A stretch of 55,218 bases of DNA, taken from the IMG/VR virus record IMGVR_UViG_3300042337_000069, positions 1 to 55,218 of that record; one strand, written 5' to 3'. Numbering within the stretch: the first letter of the stretch is position 1; each line of letters starts with the position of its first letter. Below are positions 16,565 to 25,123 of this stretch, in pieces. The notes beneath the pieces were generated by a model, which saw nothing but the letters and a program-made list of their open reading frames with translations, did no database searches and was not told the DNA's origin. The DNA is from a virus (lineage: Duplodnaviria; Caudoviricetes). Made by a program: the position numbers and the translations under genes.

Positions 16565-16749
16565 CGTTTTTCTATTCAAGAAATCCTGAGAAGGCGCTTG
16601 TTGAAGTGAAAGAACATTTGTTTGAACGTCTCAACATTCTTCGTCAGTGTCTTGGTCCTTCAGATGAATATGGAGATGATGTCCAGAACCAAATGCGTAA
16701 TGAGATATCCTTTCTGGAAGATATGCTTGATATGATGGAGCGGAGTTAG
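16561..16749 (+). CDS. hypothetical protein
   Basis: GGAGG RBS; coupled ORF. Confidence 0.65.
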   Translation: MTFFYSRNPEKALVEVKEHLFERLNILRQCLGPSDEYGDDVQNQMRNEISFLEDMLDMMERS

Positions 16750-16750
16750 T

Positions 16751-16894
16751 ATGGAACGCTTTCATTGGAACGGCAGCAAAGAAGTTCGCCGCAAGTATTG
16801 GTACCGAGGTAAGCGAAGACAGTTCTGGCATTGGGGTTATGACTGGTATCATTATCTTCTGCAAGATGCTCATGATCGGAGACCTATAAAGTGA
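16751..16894 (+). CDS. small aromatic/basic protein (47 aa)
   Basis: MERFHWNGSKEVRRKYWYRGKRRQFWHWGYDWYHY...; GGAG RBS. Confidence 0.45.
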   Translation: MERFHWNGSKEVRRKYWYRGKRRQFWHWGYDWYHYLLQDAHDRRPIK

Positions 16895-18003
16895 CACACC
16901 ATCACAAGCTGTATAAGATCGACTCCAACGGCAACACCCGTGTTTGGTGGATTGAATATGACAATGAGAAATATCGCACTCACTCTGGCATTGATGGCGG
17001 TAAGATCGTTGTTTCTGGTTGGCAGTATCCTACTGAGAAGAATGTTGGCCGCTCGAATGCGACCACTGTAGCGGAACAGGTGCTTGCTGAGATTGGGTCT
17101 GAGTATATAAAGAAGATGCATCAGGGTAAATATCACGCCACGAAAAATGCAACTGCAAAGGGTGCTGGCTTCATTGAATGTATGCTGGCTGACAAATATA
17201 ATCCTAAGAAGCATACCAACTTCCCTTATTACTCACAGCCTAAGTTCGATGGTGTTCGCTGTCTCGTTTCTAAAGACGGTATGCAGTCACGCAATGGCAA
17301 GCCTATTGTATCTGCTCCGCATATTCATGAACAATTGGAGTCATTCTTCAATGTGTTTCCTGATGCCGTGCTTGATGGCGAGTTGTATAATCATGATCTA
17401 AAACATGACTTTGAAAAGATCATCTCGCTCGCTCGTAAGACAAAGCCGACTAAAGAGGATCTGGAAGAATCAAAAGAAATGATTCAGTATCATGTGTATG
17501 ATATTGTTGATCCTACAATGACCTTTGCAGAACGCAATACATTTCTACACAATGTATATGGATTCTGGTGTAAGATGATTCAGCCAGTCTCGACTGTCAA
17601 AGTGAATGACGAGGAAGAGATTCAATCTTATCTTGGAGCGTGTCTCTCTGAGGGATATGAAGGTATGATGCTTCGTGATCCCGAGGGATATTACGAGGGT
17701 AAGCGTTCAAAGGGTTTGCTCAAACATAAGGAGTTTGAGGATGCCGAGTTTCGTATCGTTTCTATCGTAGAAGGAAATGGTAACTGGGCTGGTCGTGCAA
17801 AGTCTATCGAGATTGCTCTTCCTGACGGAACGACTCAGTTTTCCGGAGTGCGTGGGTCATTTGACAAACTCGAAGAAGTGCTGTATAATGCTGATTCGTA
17901 TGTCGGCACTGATGTTACCGTGCGGTATCAGAACAAGACGGAAGACGGTAAACTGCGCTTTCCCGTAGTCGTTGCATTCTGGAAAGGTAAGCGTGATGTC
18001 TAA
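16891..18003 (+). CDS. ATP-dependent DNA ligase
   Basis: QPKFDGVR (adenylated Lys), LDGELY, YDIV, EGMMLR, KRSKGLLKHK, LRFP. Confidence 0.93.
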   Translation: MTHHHKLYKIDSNGNTRVWWIEYDNEKYRTHSGIDGGKIVVSGWQYPTEKNVGRSNATTVAEQVLAEIGSEYIKKMHQGKYHATKNATAKGAGFIECMLADKYNPKKHTNFPYYSQPKFDGVRCLVSKDGMQSRNGKPIVSAPHIHEQLESFFNVFPDAVLDGELYNHDLKHDFEKIISLARKTKPTKEDLEESKEMIQYHVYDIVDPTMTFAERNTFLHNVYGFWCKMIQPVSTVKVNDEEEIQSYLGACLSEGYEGMMLRDPEGYYEGKRSKGLLKHKEFEDAEFRIVSIVEGNGNWAGRAKSIEIALPDGTTQFSGVRGSFDKLEEVLYNADSYVGTDVTVRYQNKTEDGKLRFPVVVAFWKGKRDV

Positions 18004-18199
18004 TGATATCGTCTATTACAAACTGGTAAAAGAGACCATTCCATATAATCCTGATGCTTTTGTGACTGCTGCTGTCTGGTCGTGTGCGCTTTGTGATGAA
18101 ACTATTAGCGGTCATAGTGGTCCTGGATGTGGTGAGATTTGTGTTCAATGTGCTATAGATATTCGTTCAAATAAATTAAAATACAAGAGGGAACTATGA
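17996..18199 (+). CDS. small zinc-binding protein
   Basis: CALC...CVQC. Confidence 0.6.
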   Translation: MSNDIVYYKLVKETIPYNPDAFVTAAVWSCALCDETISGHSGPGCGEICVQCAIDIRSNKLKYKREL

Positions 18200-18378
18200 C
18201 CGACGAAACGTTCACTTTTACAAAAGAAATGATATCGTGCGCTCTGGTGGCGAATGGATACTATACTCTATGGAATGAGGACAACTGGGTGCCACCGGAT
18301 TCTAAGAATCCTGACTGGGCAGGTATGTCTATGATGGAAGCATTCAAATCCCTTCTCCGTAAAAAGAATATGGCGTAA
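18196..18378 (+). CDS. hypothetical protein
   Basis: AGAGGGAACTATGA junction. Confidence 0.7.
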   Translation: MTDETFTFTKEMISCALVANGYYTLWNEDNWVPPDSKNPDWAGMSMMEAFKSLLRKKNMA

Positions 18379-18392
18379 AAAAAGAGGGAACT

Positions 18393-18587
18393 ATGAATCA
18401 TATTGAAAGACTCGAACACGACCGTATAAACGCCCGCTTTGATGCTTTAGAAAAGCGTATCAACGAACTAGAACAGAAATGGAAAGATCAAGAAACTGAA
18501 ATAAGCGTAGGATGCACTAATCTGGTGACGAAAGATTATCTTGACCAAGAAATTTCTTGGCGCCTACGTTCATATAAACATAAGTGA
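18393..18587 (+). CDS. coiled-coil hypothetical protein
   Basis: AGAGGGAACTATGA junction. Confidence 0.7.
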   Translation: MNHIERLEHDRINARFDALEKRINELEQKWKDQETEISVGCTNLVTKDYLDQEISWRLRSYKHK

Positions 18588-18596
18588 GAGGGAACT

Positions 18597-18806
18597 ATGA
18601 TCATTGAAAAGACAATCACTCAAACTGTGCAAGTAGATGTATATTGCCGTCCTATGCACTGGGCAGTTGTTACAGTGCCGTTATCAGGTTATCCTGATAA
18701 TCCATATGTGATGGCACAGTTTCATTCTGAGACAGATGCTAAGTTCTTTGTGGATAACCTTCCGCCTCAGGGTCTAGAAGTGAGAAAGATTGTTTCTCAT
18801 GACTGA
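18597..18806 (+). CDS. hypothetical protein
   Basis: AGAGGGAACTATGA junction. Confidence 0.7.
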   Translation: MIIEKTITQTVQVDVYCRPMHWAVVTVPLSGYPDNPYVMAQFHSETDAKFFVDNLPPQGLEVRKIVSHD

Positions 18807-18969
18807 TGAAGATAAAGATAGAGAAATTTTTGAAATATTGATGGCACATTATGGATTTCGAGATGTTGTGCTTTGTCTTCAAGGTGCGGCATTTCGTTTC
18901 CGTGCTTATCATGATGGTGGTTGGCTTGAAGGATATCGATCTGATCCTGTGATCTACTGGGGTGCATAA
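18799..18969 (+). CDS. hypothetical protein (56 aa)
   Basis: Hand-translated MTDEDKDREIFEIL...YWGA; overlaps both neighbours. Confidence 0.5.
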   Translation: MTDEDKDREIFEILMAHYGFRDVVLCLQGAAFRFRAYHDGGWLEGYRSDPVIYWGA

Positions 18970-19133
18970 TGCTTGACTCTCTTCGTCAAATCGCATATAA
19001 TGAAGGTTATGAATGTTGTGCGGAAAACATTCTATATCTTTCCGATAATCCGTATGTTGGTGTGTCCGACGAACTTGCTCACATGTTCAGTGAAGGTTGG
19101 TGGGATGCATTCTATGAGGACCTCGAAAAATGA
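18969..19133 (+). CDS. Rmf/CrpP-like small protein (54 aa)
   Basis: AYNEGY...NPY...FSEGWWDA pattern; coupled to the next gene. Confidence 0.5.
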   Translation: MLDSLRQIAYNEGYECCAENILYLSDNPYVGVSDELAHMFSEGWWDAFYEDLEK

Positions 19134-19675
19134 ATATCTTCTATATCCATAGTAATCCTAAACTCTGTGCCGAGTGGGCTGTTGACAAGCATGTGGTCAA
19201 GATGATTCTTGAAGCGGCACAGTTGCTTTCTACGGCGCATCGTGTGCTTGATGGCATCGAGTATATTGACGCATCTTCTGGTCGTAAGATCAAGCGTTGG
19301 CGTCTACCTGATAATCGTGATACAGAAATGTATTCAGCCACGCATATCAATCATCCAAGTGCTGTGTGGGTCCGTCAGTCCAATCACAACTACAACTGGC
19401 TTTGGTGTTATCTTCATGAGCATTGTATTGAATACACTCGTCGTTATGGCAAGAAGCATAAGGTTGAGACAAGCGGTCTATTGAATGTTCTGTCACAGCC
19501 GCCACGCAACATTCCTATTGCTCATAAGACGCAACCACCAAGTGCGATGGACGCTAAATATATCATTAGCGAAGACTCTATAGTGAACTATCGCAACTAC
19601 TACAAGGTTGGCAAGGCGCATCTTCATTCATGGAAGGCGCCTGCTACGCCACCAGACTGGATTATGGAGAACTAA
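19130..19675 (+). CDS. pyrimidine-dimer DNA glycosylase / endonuclease V-like protein
   Basis: MNIF..., DKHVVKMILEAAQLLSTAH, THINHPSAVW, EYTRRYGKKH. Confidence 0.8.
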   Translation: MNIFYIHSNPKLCAEWAVDKHVVKMILEAAQLLSTAHRVLDGIEYIDASSGRKIKRWRLPDNRDTEMYSATHINHPSAVWVRQSNHNYNWLWCYLHEHCIEYTRRYGKKHKVETSGLLNVLSQPPRNIPIAHKTQPPSAMDAKYIISEDSIVNYRNYYKVGKAHLHSWKAPATPPDWIMEN

Positions 19676-19869
19676 TGCCCACATATTCGTTCAAGTCAAA
19701 AGATACTGGCGAGACATTTGACATTTTTATGGGAGTGTCTGAATTAGATCAGTTCATGGAAGATCATCCAGAATTTGAAAAACTTTTGTCTGCACCACAT
19801 TTTCTCGGTACCAACATGAATGGCGGAATGCTAAATAACAAAACATATGATCCAAAGGATAATGCATAA
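19675..19869 (+). CDS. FmdB-like small protein, paralog 1
   Basis: MPTYSFKSKDTGETFD... Confidence 0.65.
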   Translation: MPTYSFKSKDTGETFDIFMGVSELDQFMEDHPEFEKLLSAPHFLGTNMNGGMLNNKTYDPKDNA

Positions 19870-20132
19870 TGCCTAATTACACATGGTGCCATAAAGAGAC
19901 TGGCGAAGAACACACAAACACAATGACGATTGCAGAGCGTGACGAATACGAGAAGAACAATCCGCATCTTCGTCAAGTTCTGCGTAACTTTACAATGTGT
20001 GATCCTGTGAATATTGGCGTCACCAAGCCGCCAAGTGATTTCCAAAAGTATATTCTTGGTCGTGTCAAGGCTTCTGTACCACAAGCAGATGCAGTAGCGA
20101 GCAAGCGTTGGGACATTCCTAAGGAGGTCTAG
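19869..20132 (+). CDS. FmdB-like small protein, paralog 2
   Basis: MPNYTWCHKETGEEH...NPHL; upstream of phoH. Confidence 0.7.
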   Translation: MPNYTWCHKETGEEHTNTMTIAERDEYEKNNPHLRQVLRNFTMCDPVNIGVTKPPSDFQKYILGRVKASVPQADAVASKRWDIPKEV

Positions 20133-20163
20133 GCTGTCAAACAAACATTTCAGTAAAAGGTTT

Positions 20164-20200
20164 AGAGGTCGCTCCCGTAAAAAGGAGTCGACCTCTTTTT
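20164..20200 (+). terminator. intrinsic terminator
   Basis: AGAGGTCGCTCC...GGAGTCGACCTCT followed by a T-run. Confidence 0.6.
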
Positions 20201-20241
20201 GTTATGATGATGTGACCAACAATAACAACAAAGGTCAATAT

Positions 20242-20955
20242 ATGTCTAGAAAGCAGAGAAGAAATAACCAAAAGCAGCAACATGAGAATCAGGCTGAAAG
20301 AAACCATTTCGAACTTCGTCATATCAAACCTCTAACAGTAAATCAACAGAGAGTTTGGGACGCATACGAAGCGGGTTCTAATCTTATGCTACATGGTTAT
20401 GCCGGCACCGGTAAAACTTTTCTATCCTCATACCTAGCTCTAAAGGAGGTTTTAATAGACGAGACATATAAGAGGGTCGTTATCATCCGCTCAGTCGTTC
20501 CATCCAGAGACATGGGATTCTTACCTGGCTCTGAAAAGCAAAAGGCGGAAGTTTACGAACAACCCTATCAAGAAATCTGTGACGATCTATTTGGTCGTGG
20601 TGATGGATGGAAGATTCTAAAGATGAAGCGATTGGTTGAGTTTACCACAACATCGTTTCTTCGTGGAACAACCTTCAATGATTCAATCATCATTGTTGAC
20701 GAATGCAATAACATGAACTTTCAGGAGATTGATACAGTTATGACTCGTATCGGTACCAACTCACGTATCATCTTCTGTGGTGACTATCGCCAGTCTGATC
20801 TACACAAGCCACATGATAAGACAGGCATCAGAGAGCTAATGTCTATCACTCGTCGTATGAAGTCATTCGATCATATCGAGTTTGAAATGGAAGACATTGT
20901 GCGTTCTGGTACAGTCAAAGAGTATATCATTCAGAAGACTGAAATGGGGCTATAA
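20242..20955 (+). CDS. phoH: PhoH-family ATPase
   Basis: GYAGTGKT, GFLPG, SFLRGTTF, IVDECNN, GDYRQSDL, DIVRSG. Confidence 0.93.
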   Translation: MSRKQRRNNQKQQHENQAERNHFELRHIKPLTVNQQRVWDAYEAGSNLMLHGYAGTGKTFLSSYLALKEVLIDETYKRVVIIRSVVPSRDMGFLPGSEKQKAEVYEQPYQEICDDLFGRGDGWKILKMKRLVEFTTTSFLRGTTFNDSIIIVDECNNMNFQEIDTVMTRIGTNSRIIFCGDYRQSDLHKPHDKTGIRELMSITRRMKSFDHIEFEMEDIVRSGTVKEYIIQKTEMGL

Positions 20956-20962
20956 CTAAATA
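20955..20962 (+). promoter_or_regulatory. T4-like late promoter
   Basis: ACTAAATA (variant of TATAAATA). Confidence 0.5.
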
Positions 20963-20985
20963 CTAAAAACCCAGGGAGGATTACC

Positions 20986-21498
20986 GTGCTTAGATTTTTT
21001 GAGTTCTTACAAGAGAGAAATTTAGAGGAGGGTAATCCTCTCGCTCGGGTACATAAGTTTGAAAAGAAGGATCGTCCAACCGCTGCTATCACTGGCTATC
21101 GTGCTGGCAAGTCTGATACTGAGAATAAGGCAGCGATGAAATCATTCGACAAGGACCTTCGTGCTAAAGGCTACGGTTTCCGTAAGTCAGAAGGTACCTG
21201 GGAAGGCGGTAAAGAACCATCACGATTCGTTACCGCTAAAGGAAAAGGAAATCGTCATGTCAAGCAGTTTAAACGAGACATGACAAACCTTTCCGCAAAA
21301 TACGATCAGGATGCGGTAGCTATCCGTCACAAGAAAACAACGAATCTTGTCGGTACCAATGACACTGGGTACCCAGGTCGTGGCAAGGTTGACAACGTGG
21401 GTAAGACAGTATATAATAAACAAGATGCAGACTTCAAAACGGAATTCCGTCCTTCGAAGCCAGCAGGAAAGCGTCCGACGTTCACAACAAAGGAATGA
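20986..21498 (+). CDS. putative internal head protein
   Basis: N-terminus MLRFFEFLQE resembles the T4 capsid-targeting sequence; basic; late promoter and GGAGG RBS. Confidence 0.6.
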   Translation: MLRFFEFLQERNLEEGNPLARVHKFEKKDRPTAAITGYRAGKSDTENKAAMKSFDKDLRAKGYGFRKSEGTWEGGKEPSRFVTAKGKGNRHVKQFKRDMTNLSAKYDQDAVAIRHKKTTNLVGTNDTGYPGRGKVDNVGKTVYNKQDADFKTEFRPSKPAGKRPTFTTKE

Positions 21499-21502
21499 GT
21501 GA

Positions 21503-21874
21503 ATGACCAACTTTGACATGATCCGTGAAACGGTAGCATACAAGCTTGTGCTTGACAGTGGCCATAAGCATCTTTCCGAGAAAGATTATATGGCGCTTTC
21601 GGTGCACATTTGCAATGAAGCGTATGCTGACGATGAAAGCAAGGCGTCGGGGTTTAATGCTAAGATGGGGTGGTGGCACAAGCTGCGCCAAGCATTACAG
21701 GCCGCTTTAACATCTGACGGTATCACGGTCCATTATGATGATGAGTATGAAACTCAGTTCAAAGAGTGGATCAAGACGCAGGGCGACAACCCAGGACTTG
21801 GCCCTATGGGTAAGATCGACTGGTATTCGCAGAAGCGGGCTGAGTTCGATAAGATTTACAAGAAGGAAGAATAA
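21503..21874 (+). CDS. hypothetical protein
   Basis: 123-aa ORF with RBS. Confidence 0.7.
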   Translation: MTNFDMIRETVAYKLVLDSGHKHLSEKDYMALSVHICNEAYADDESKASGFNAKMGWWHKLRQALQAALTSDGITVHYDDEYETQFKEWIKTQGDNPGLGPMGKIDWYSQKRAEFDKIYKKEE

Positions 21875-22416
21875 TGCTAACATTCAGCGAGTTCATTACC
21901 GAGAAGATTCTAAACATAGGTCTAAACCCTAAACACGAAAAGCATCGTGAAGGTTATCGCAAACAGATTCACGATGTTATTCAGCGTTCATATAAAGATG
22001 TTGAAGGTGGCTATGGCGGACATGGTTCGGGATCGGATGCAGAGAGTAAGGCTATTCACGCAGACATCTCGGACAATGCCGTCAAGGCTACTAGAAGAGG
22101 CGATAAGATTACTCACGCCACAATCTACAAACAAAAACACGGTCGTAAGATTATCGGACTGGGCACAGACGGATCAAAGCAAGGTTCAGCAGACTTTGAT
22201 CGGAATGCAAGAGAAGACAACAAACAAAAGAGAGCATGGGGTGAGTTTAGCGGCAATGCCGAAAAGGCATATCGCAAGCGTGATATGCCTCAGGTTTCTT
22301 CATCCGAAGCAGGTAAATTGACTGGAAAGAAAGTCAAAGTAAAAGATGCTGAAAGATACAGTAGAGATATCGGTGGACATGAACATGAAAAGACTATACT
22401 TGGTCATCCAAAGTAA
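21874..22416 (+). CDS. putative internal head protein
   Basis: N-terminus MLTFSEFITE is very like the T4 IP CTS MKTYQEFIAE; basic. Confidence 0.65.
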   Translation: MLTFSEFITEKILNIGLNPKHEKHREGYRKQIHDVIQRSYKDVEGGYGGHGSGSDAESKAIHADISDNAVKATRRGDKITHATIYKQKHGRKIIGLGTDGSKQGSADFDRNAREDNKQKRAWGEFSGNAEKAYRKRDMPQVSSSEAGKLTGKKVKVKDAERYSRDIGGHEHEKTILGHPK

Positions 22417-22424
22417 TAAAGTCC

Positions 22425-22453
22425 TTGACTTTTGATATATTCCTTGCTATAAT
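22425..22453 (+). promoter_or_regulatory. sigma70-type promoter
   Basis: TTGACT-17-TATAAT with extended TG. Confidence 0.75.
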
Positions 22454-22485
22454 ATACACATAATCGAGACAACACGGAATATATC

Positions 22486-23013
22486 ATGACCCAGCCAGGA
22501 ATCATCTACTTTCACGGTTACAATTCGTCTCCTAATACCGACAAGGTTACGGAACTTCGTAAGCACTTTTCCGAAGTGTATGCTTTTCCTATCGATGTTG
22601 ATCCTGACAAGTCTCTGCCCTATCTAGAGGCAGAGATCGATCATATTCTTGCTTCCTCTATCAACTCCGATAAGCCTCTTGTTTTCGTCGGCACTTCTCT
22701 GGGAGCGTGGTATGCTGGTCATCTCGCCAAGATGTTTTATTCACCTGCCGTTCTAATCAATCCTTGTTGGTCATTCGATGCTGTCAAGGTTGACTTGGGT
22801 ATTGCTGGTGAAATCAAGGCAAAGTATGAAACGCTAGGATTTGAGTATCCTGAAAATACGACATTCTTCATTGCTCAGAATGACGAGGTAATCGACTTCT
22901 CACGCTTTCATCCTCTAAACACTCGCACCATATATAATAAGAATGCGGATCATCGATTCAACGGTGAGCCGTTTGAACGGGTGATTGAGTTATTGAAGCA
23001 TGAAGAATTTTAG
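22486..23013 (+). CDS. YqiA/YcfP-like alpha/beta hydrolase (esterase)
   Basis: YFHGYNSS, GTSLG nucleophile elbow, LINP, DEVID, DHRF. Confidence 0.85.
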   Translation: MTQPGIIYFHGYNSSPNTDKVTELRKHFSEVYAFPIDVDPDKSLPYLEAEIDHILASSINSDKPLVFVGTSLGAWYAGHLAKMFYSPAVLINPCWSFDAVKVDLGIAGEIKAKYETLGFEYPENTTFFIAQNDEVIDFSRFHPLNTRTIYNKNADHRFNGEPFERVIELLKHEEF

Positions 23014-23677
23014 ACATATCCACAACAATCCGGATATCTGTAGTTTAAACAGAATTGAATACAATGGTAAGAGATACTATGAGTCACCTGACGGTAAAAG
23101 ATTACCGTCGGTGACTACTTTTTTATCACATTTCAAGAAAGACTCCATAATCAAATGGCGCAAGCGAGTTGGTGAAGAGGAAGCAAACAAGATATCCGCT
23201 AAAGCAACTAGAAGAGGCACTAAATTTCATTCGCTAATGGAAGCATACCTAGGTAATCAAGACCCCTCTACATTTCTTACCGAAGATTTGATGCCTGATA
23301 TGAAACATCATTTCAATTTGATGAAACCAAAGCTTGACAGGATCGACAATATACATTATATTGAGGCTATGCTTTATAGCGAAACGATTGGTCTTGCAGG
23401 ACAGGTAGATTGTATCGCAGAGTTTGACGGTATTCCTTCTATCATCGATTTCAAGACGGCTAACAAGATTAAGAAAGAAGAGTGGATCGAAGACTACTTT
23501 CTACAGACAACAGCATATTCGCTCATGTATGAAGACATGACAGGGGTGCAGGCAAAACAGATTGTAATTCTTATTTCGGTAGATCACGAACTACCACAAG
23601 TCTTTGTGAAAGATCGTCGTGATTATGTGCCTTTATTGGCAGAACGTCTCAGAGAGTTTAGGAGAATAGCGCCATGA
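23000..23677 (+). CDS. PD-(D/E)XK exonuclease
   Basis: PSVTT, RGTKFH, AGQVDCIA, IIDFKT, YFLQTTAY. Confidence 0.88.
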   Translation: MKNFRHIHNNPDICSLNRIEYNGKRYYESPDGKRLPSVTTFLSHFKKDSIIKWRKRVGEEEANKISAKATRRGTKFHSLMEAYLGNQDPSTFLTEDLMPDMKHHFNLMKPKLDRIDNIHYIEAMLYSETIGLAGQVDCIAEFDGIPSIIDFKTANKIKKEEWIEDYFLQTTAYSLMYEDMTGVQAKQIVILISVDHELPQVFVKDRRDYVPLLAERLREFRRIAP

Positions 23678-23844
23678 AGGGATCTAGAGAGTTCAAGAAT
23701 TATGTGAAAAGATATTCAAAGCAATTGAAAATGTGTTATTGGGATGATCTGAACATATTGACGAAATATCCTAATGATAAAAAGTGGCGAAAGACAAAGC
23801 GTCGTCCAAGAGATGGTTATGGCGAAAAAGGAGTAGAGGAATGA
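23674..23844 (+). CDS. basic hypothetical protein (56 aa)
   Basis: AGGAG RBS; ATGA couplings. Confidence 0.5.
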   Translation: MKGSREFKNYVKRYSKQLKMCYWDDLNILTKYPNDKKWRKTKRRPRDGYGEKGVEE

Positions 23845-23966
23845 AAAAGATCGCATTAGTTCTAGTAGGTTTATCCTTTCTTAGTTTTAGTTTGGCTGGC
23901 TGTGGTGCAGCAGGAACGATTGCTCGCTGCACATTACTGGATAACACATCTAGGCCCTGTAACTGA
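23841..23966 (+). CDS. small lipoprotein
   Basis: MKKIALVLVGLSFLSFSLAG-C lipobox. Confidence 0.7.
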   Translation: MKKIALVLVGLSFLSFSLAGCGAAGTIARCTLLDNTSRPCN

Positions 23967-24011
23967 TACTCCTTGGATAGAGGAGTTTGAGAAAGATTTG
24001 GAGAATAAAGA

Positions 24012-24299
24012 GTGATTCGTATTTTCGTTATGTTGCTTCTTTCTTGCTCTGCCGCTCTTGCTGAGGACATCTCTTGTCAAAAGAAGCCAACTCATAACTT
24101 TGTTATCGAGTGTAAGAGCAAGAAAGAAGCGGATGTCTCTCTATTAGCACTGAACGGTGGTGAATGTGCTTCTGTTGCATTTCACAAACATGTTGGCGCA
24201 GAGAAAGCATTTGAGATACCTGGAACAAAAGAGTGCTTCTATGTTCGAAGCGTAACATTATCAATAGATGGCAAGAGTAAGACAATCGGACCACTATGA
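24012..24299 (+). CDS. exported Cys-containing protein
   Basis: Signal peptide ending ALA; four Cys in the mature part. Confidence 0.65.
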   Translation: MIRIFVMLLLSCSAALAEDISCQKKPTHNFVIECKSKKEADVSLLALNGGECASVAFHKHVGAEKAFEIPGTKECFYVRSVTLSIDGKSKTIGPL

Positions 24300-24490
24300 T
24301 AAAAGAACTGATCATACTGGCGCAGGTGGCTAATACAATTCCTCCTACTGACATTATGAGAAATGACACTCCGACTTATTCATGGGAAAGGCCAACACAG
24401 CCACCGAGATATCAAGTTCCCGCAACTGGTATTTACTCGGCAGGATCTAGACCTCCTCCGATTTCGTTTGAAGAGGTTGAAGTAGAATAA
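24296..24490 (+). CDS. hypothetical Pro-rich protein
   Basis: Coupled ORF. Confidence 0.5.
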   Translation: MIKELIILAQVANTIPPTDIMRNDTPTYSWERPTQPPRYQVPATGIYSAGSRPPPISFEEVEVE

Positions 24491-24496
24491 ATAGAA

Positions 24497-24790
24497 TTGC
24501 CAAAGGTCGTTGAGAGACGAAACATAGGTTTCTTGGACGTGGGTGCGATTCCCACCGTCTCCACCATAGATACATCGTAAAGATTGCCGATTAATGATCG
24601 TATATCGCTTAGGTACCATAAGCACGATGTATCTTTGATGGGGACGAACAGGTTCGACAGGATTCAGTAAGGTCGTAAGGAGACTGTAGGCATTTATAGG
24701 TGCAGCAAATGATAACGCACCTTACGAAATGGCTCTAGCAGCTTGATCGTTTGGGTATGGGTTCCACCTCGAAACAGAACGGGCCCACTA
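24497..24790 (+). ncRNA. ssrA: circularly permuted (two-piece) tmRNA
   Basis: T-arm GTGGG-TGCGATT-CCCAC and 3' CGTCTCC-A-CCA (ends 24566) come before the 5' strand GGGGACG (24640), giving G3.U70; tag frame 24702-24746 reads AANDNAPYEMALAA*; outer ends approximate. Confidence 0.93.
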
Positions 24791-24808
24791 ACAACAATAG
24801 GATTACAA

Positions 24809-25009
24809 ATGTCCGATATCAAAGAAAGTTTCTTCACCAAAGTAGACGAATTGCGTGAAAACAAAACATTTTTACCCATTCTTCCTGACTATAAAAAGAT
24901 AAAGTCAAAGAAGGAACCATGGGGCAAATCTCACAAGCCTAAACCAGTGGATCCTGATAAGATGGATGAAATCGGCAGAAAGATTGGAAAAGTAAAGAAT
25001 AAAGAGTGA
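24809..25009 (+). CDS. basic hypothetical protein
   Basis: Start moved to ATG 24809 after AGGA. Confidence 0.6.
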   Translation: MSDIKESFFTKVDELRENKTFLPILPDYKKIKSKKEPWGKSHKPKPVDPDKMDEIGRKIGKVKNKE

Positions 25010-25123
25010 AATCAATCTTAGCACAATTGCTCTTTAGTAGGTTACGTGCCGAATGAGAGAGTCGGTAGGAAACATTGAGACTGATCCGTGACTGACACTC
25101 ACACAAACACACAGGAGAATATA

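Noticed and set aside
23000-23677. Cas4 / CRISPR adaptation gene
   Set aside because: Lacks the four-Cys Fe-S motif; an ordinary T4-like PD-(D/E)XK exonuclease near phoH
24539-24566. Stand-alone tRNA-Ala
   Set aside because: No D or anticodon arm upstream; the 5' acceptor strand lies downstream, which fits a permuted tmRNA
24380-24879. ORFs 24380-24625(-), 24694-24879(-) and the 5' extension of 24743-25009
   Set aside because: They overlap the tmRNA and lack RBS or recognisable motifs
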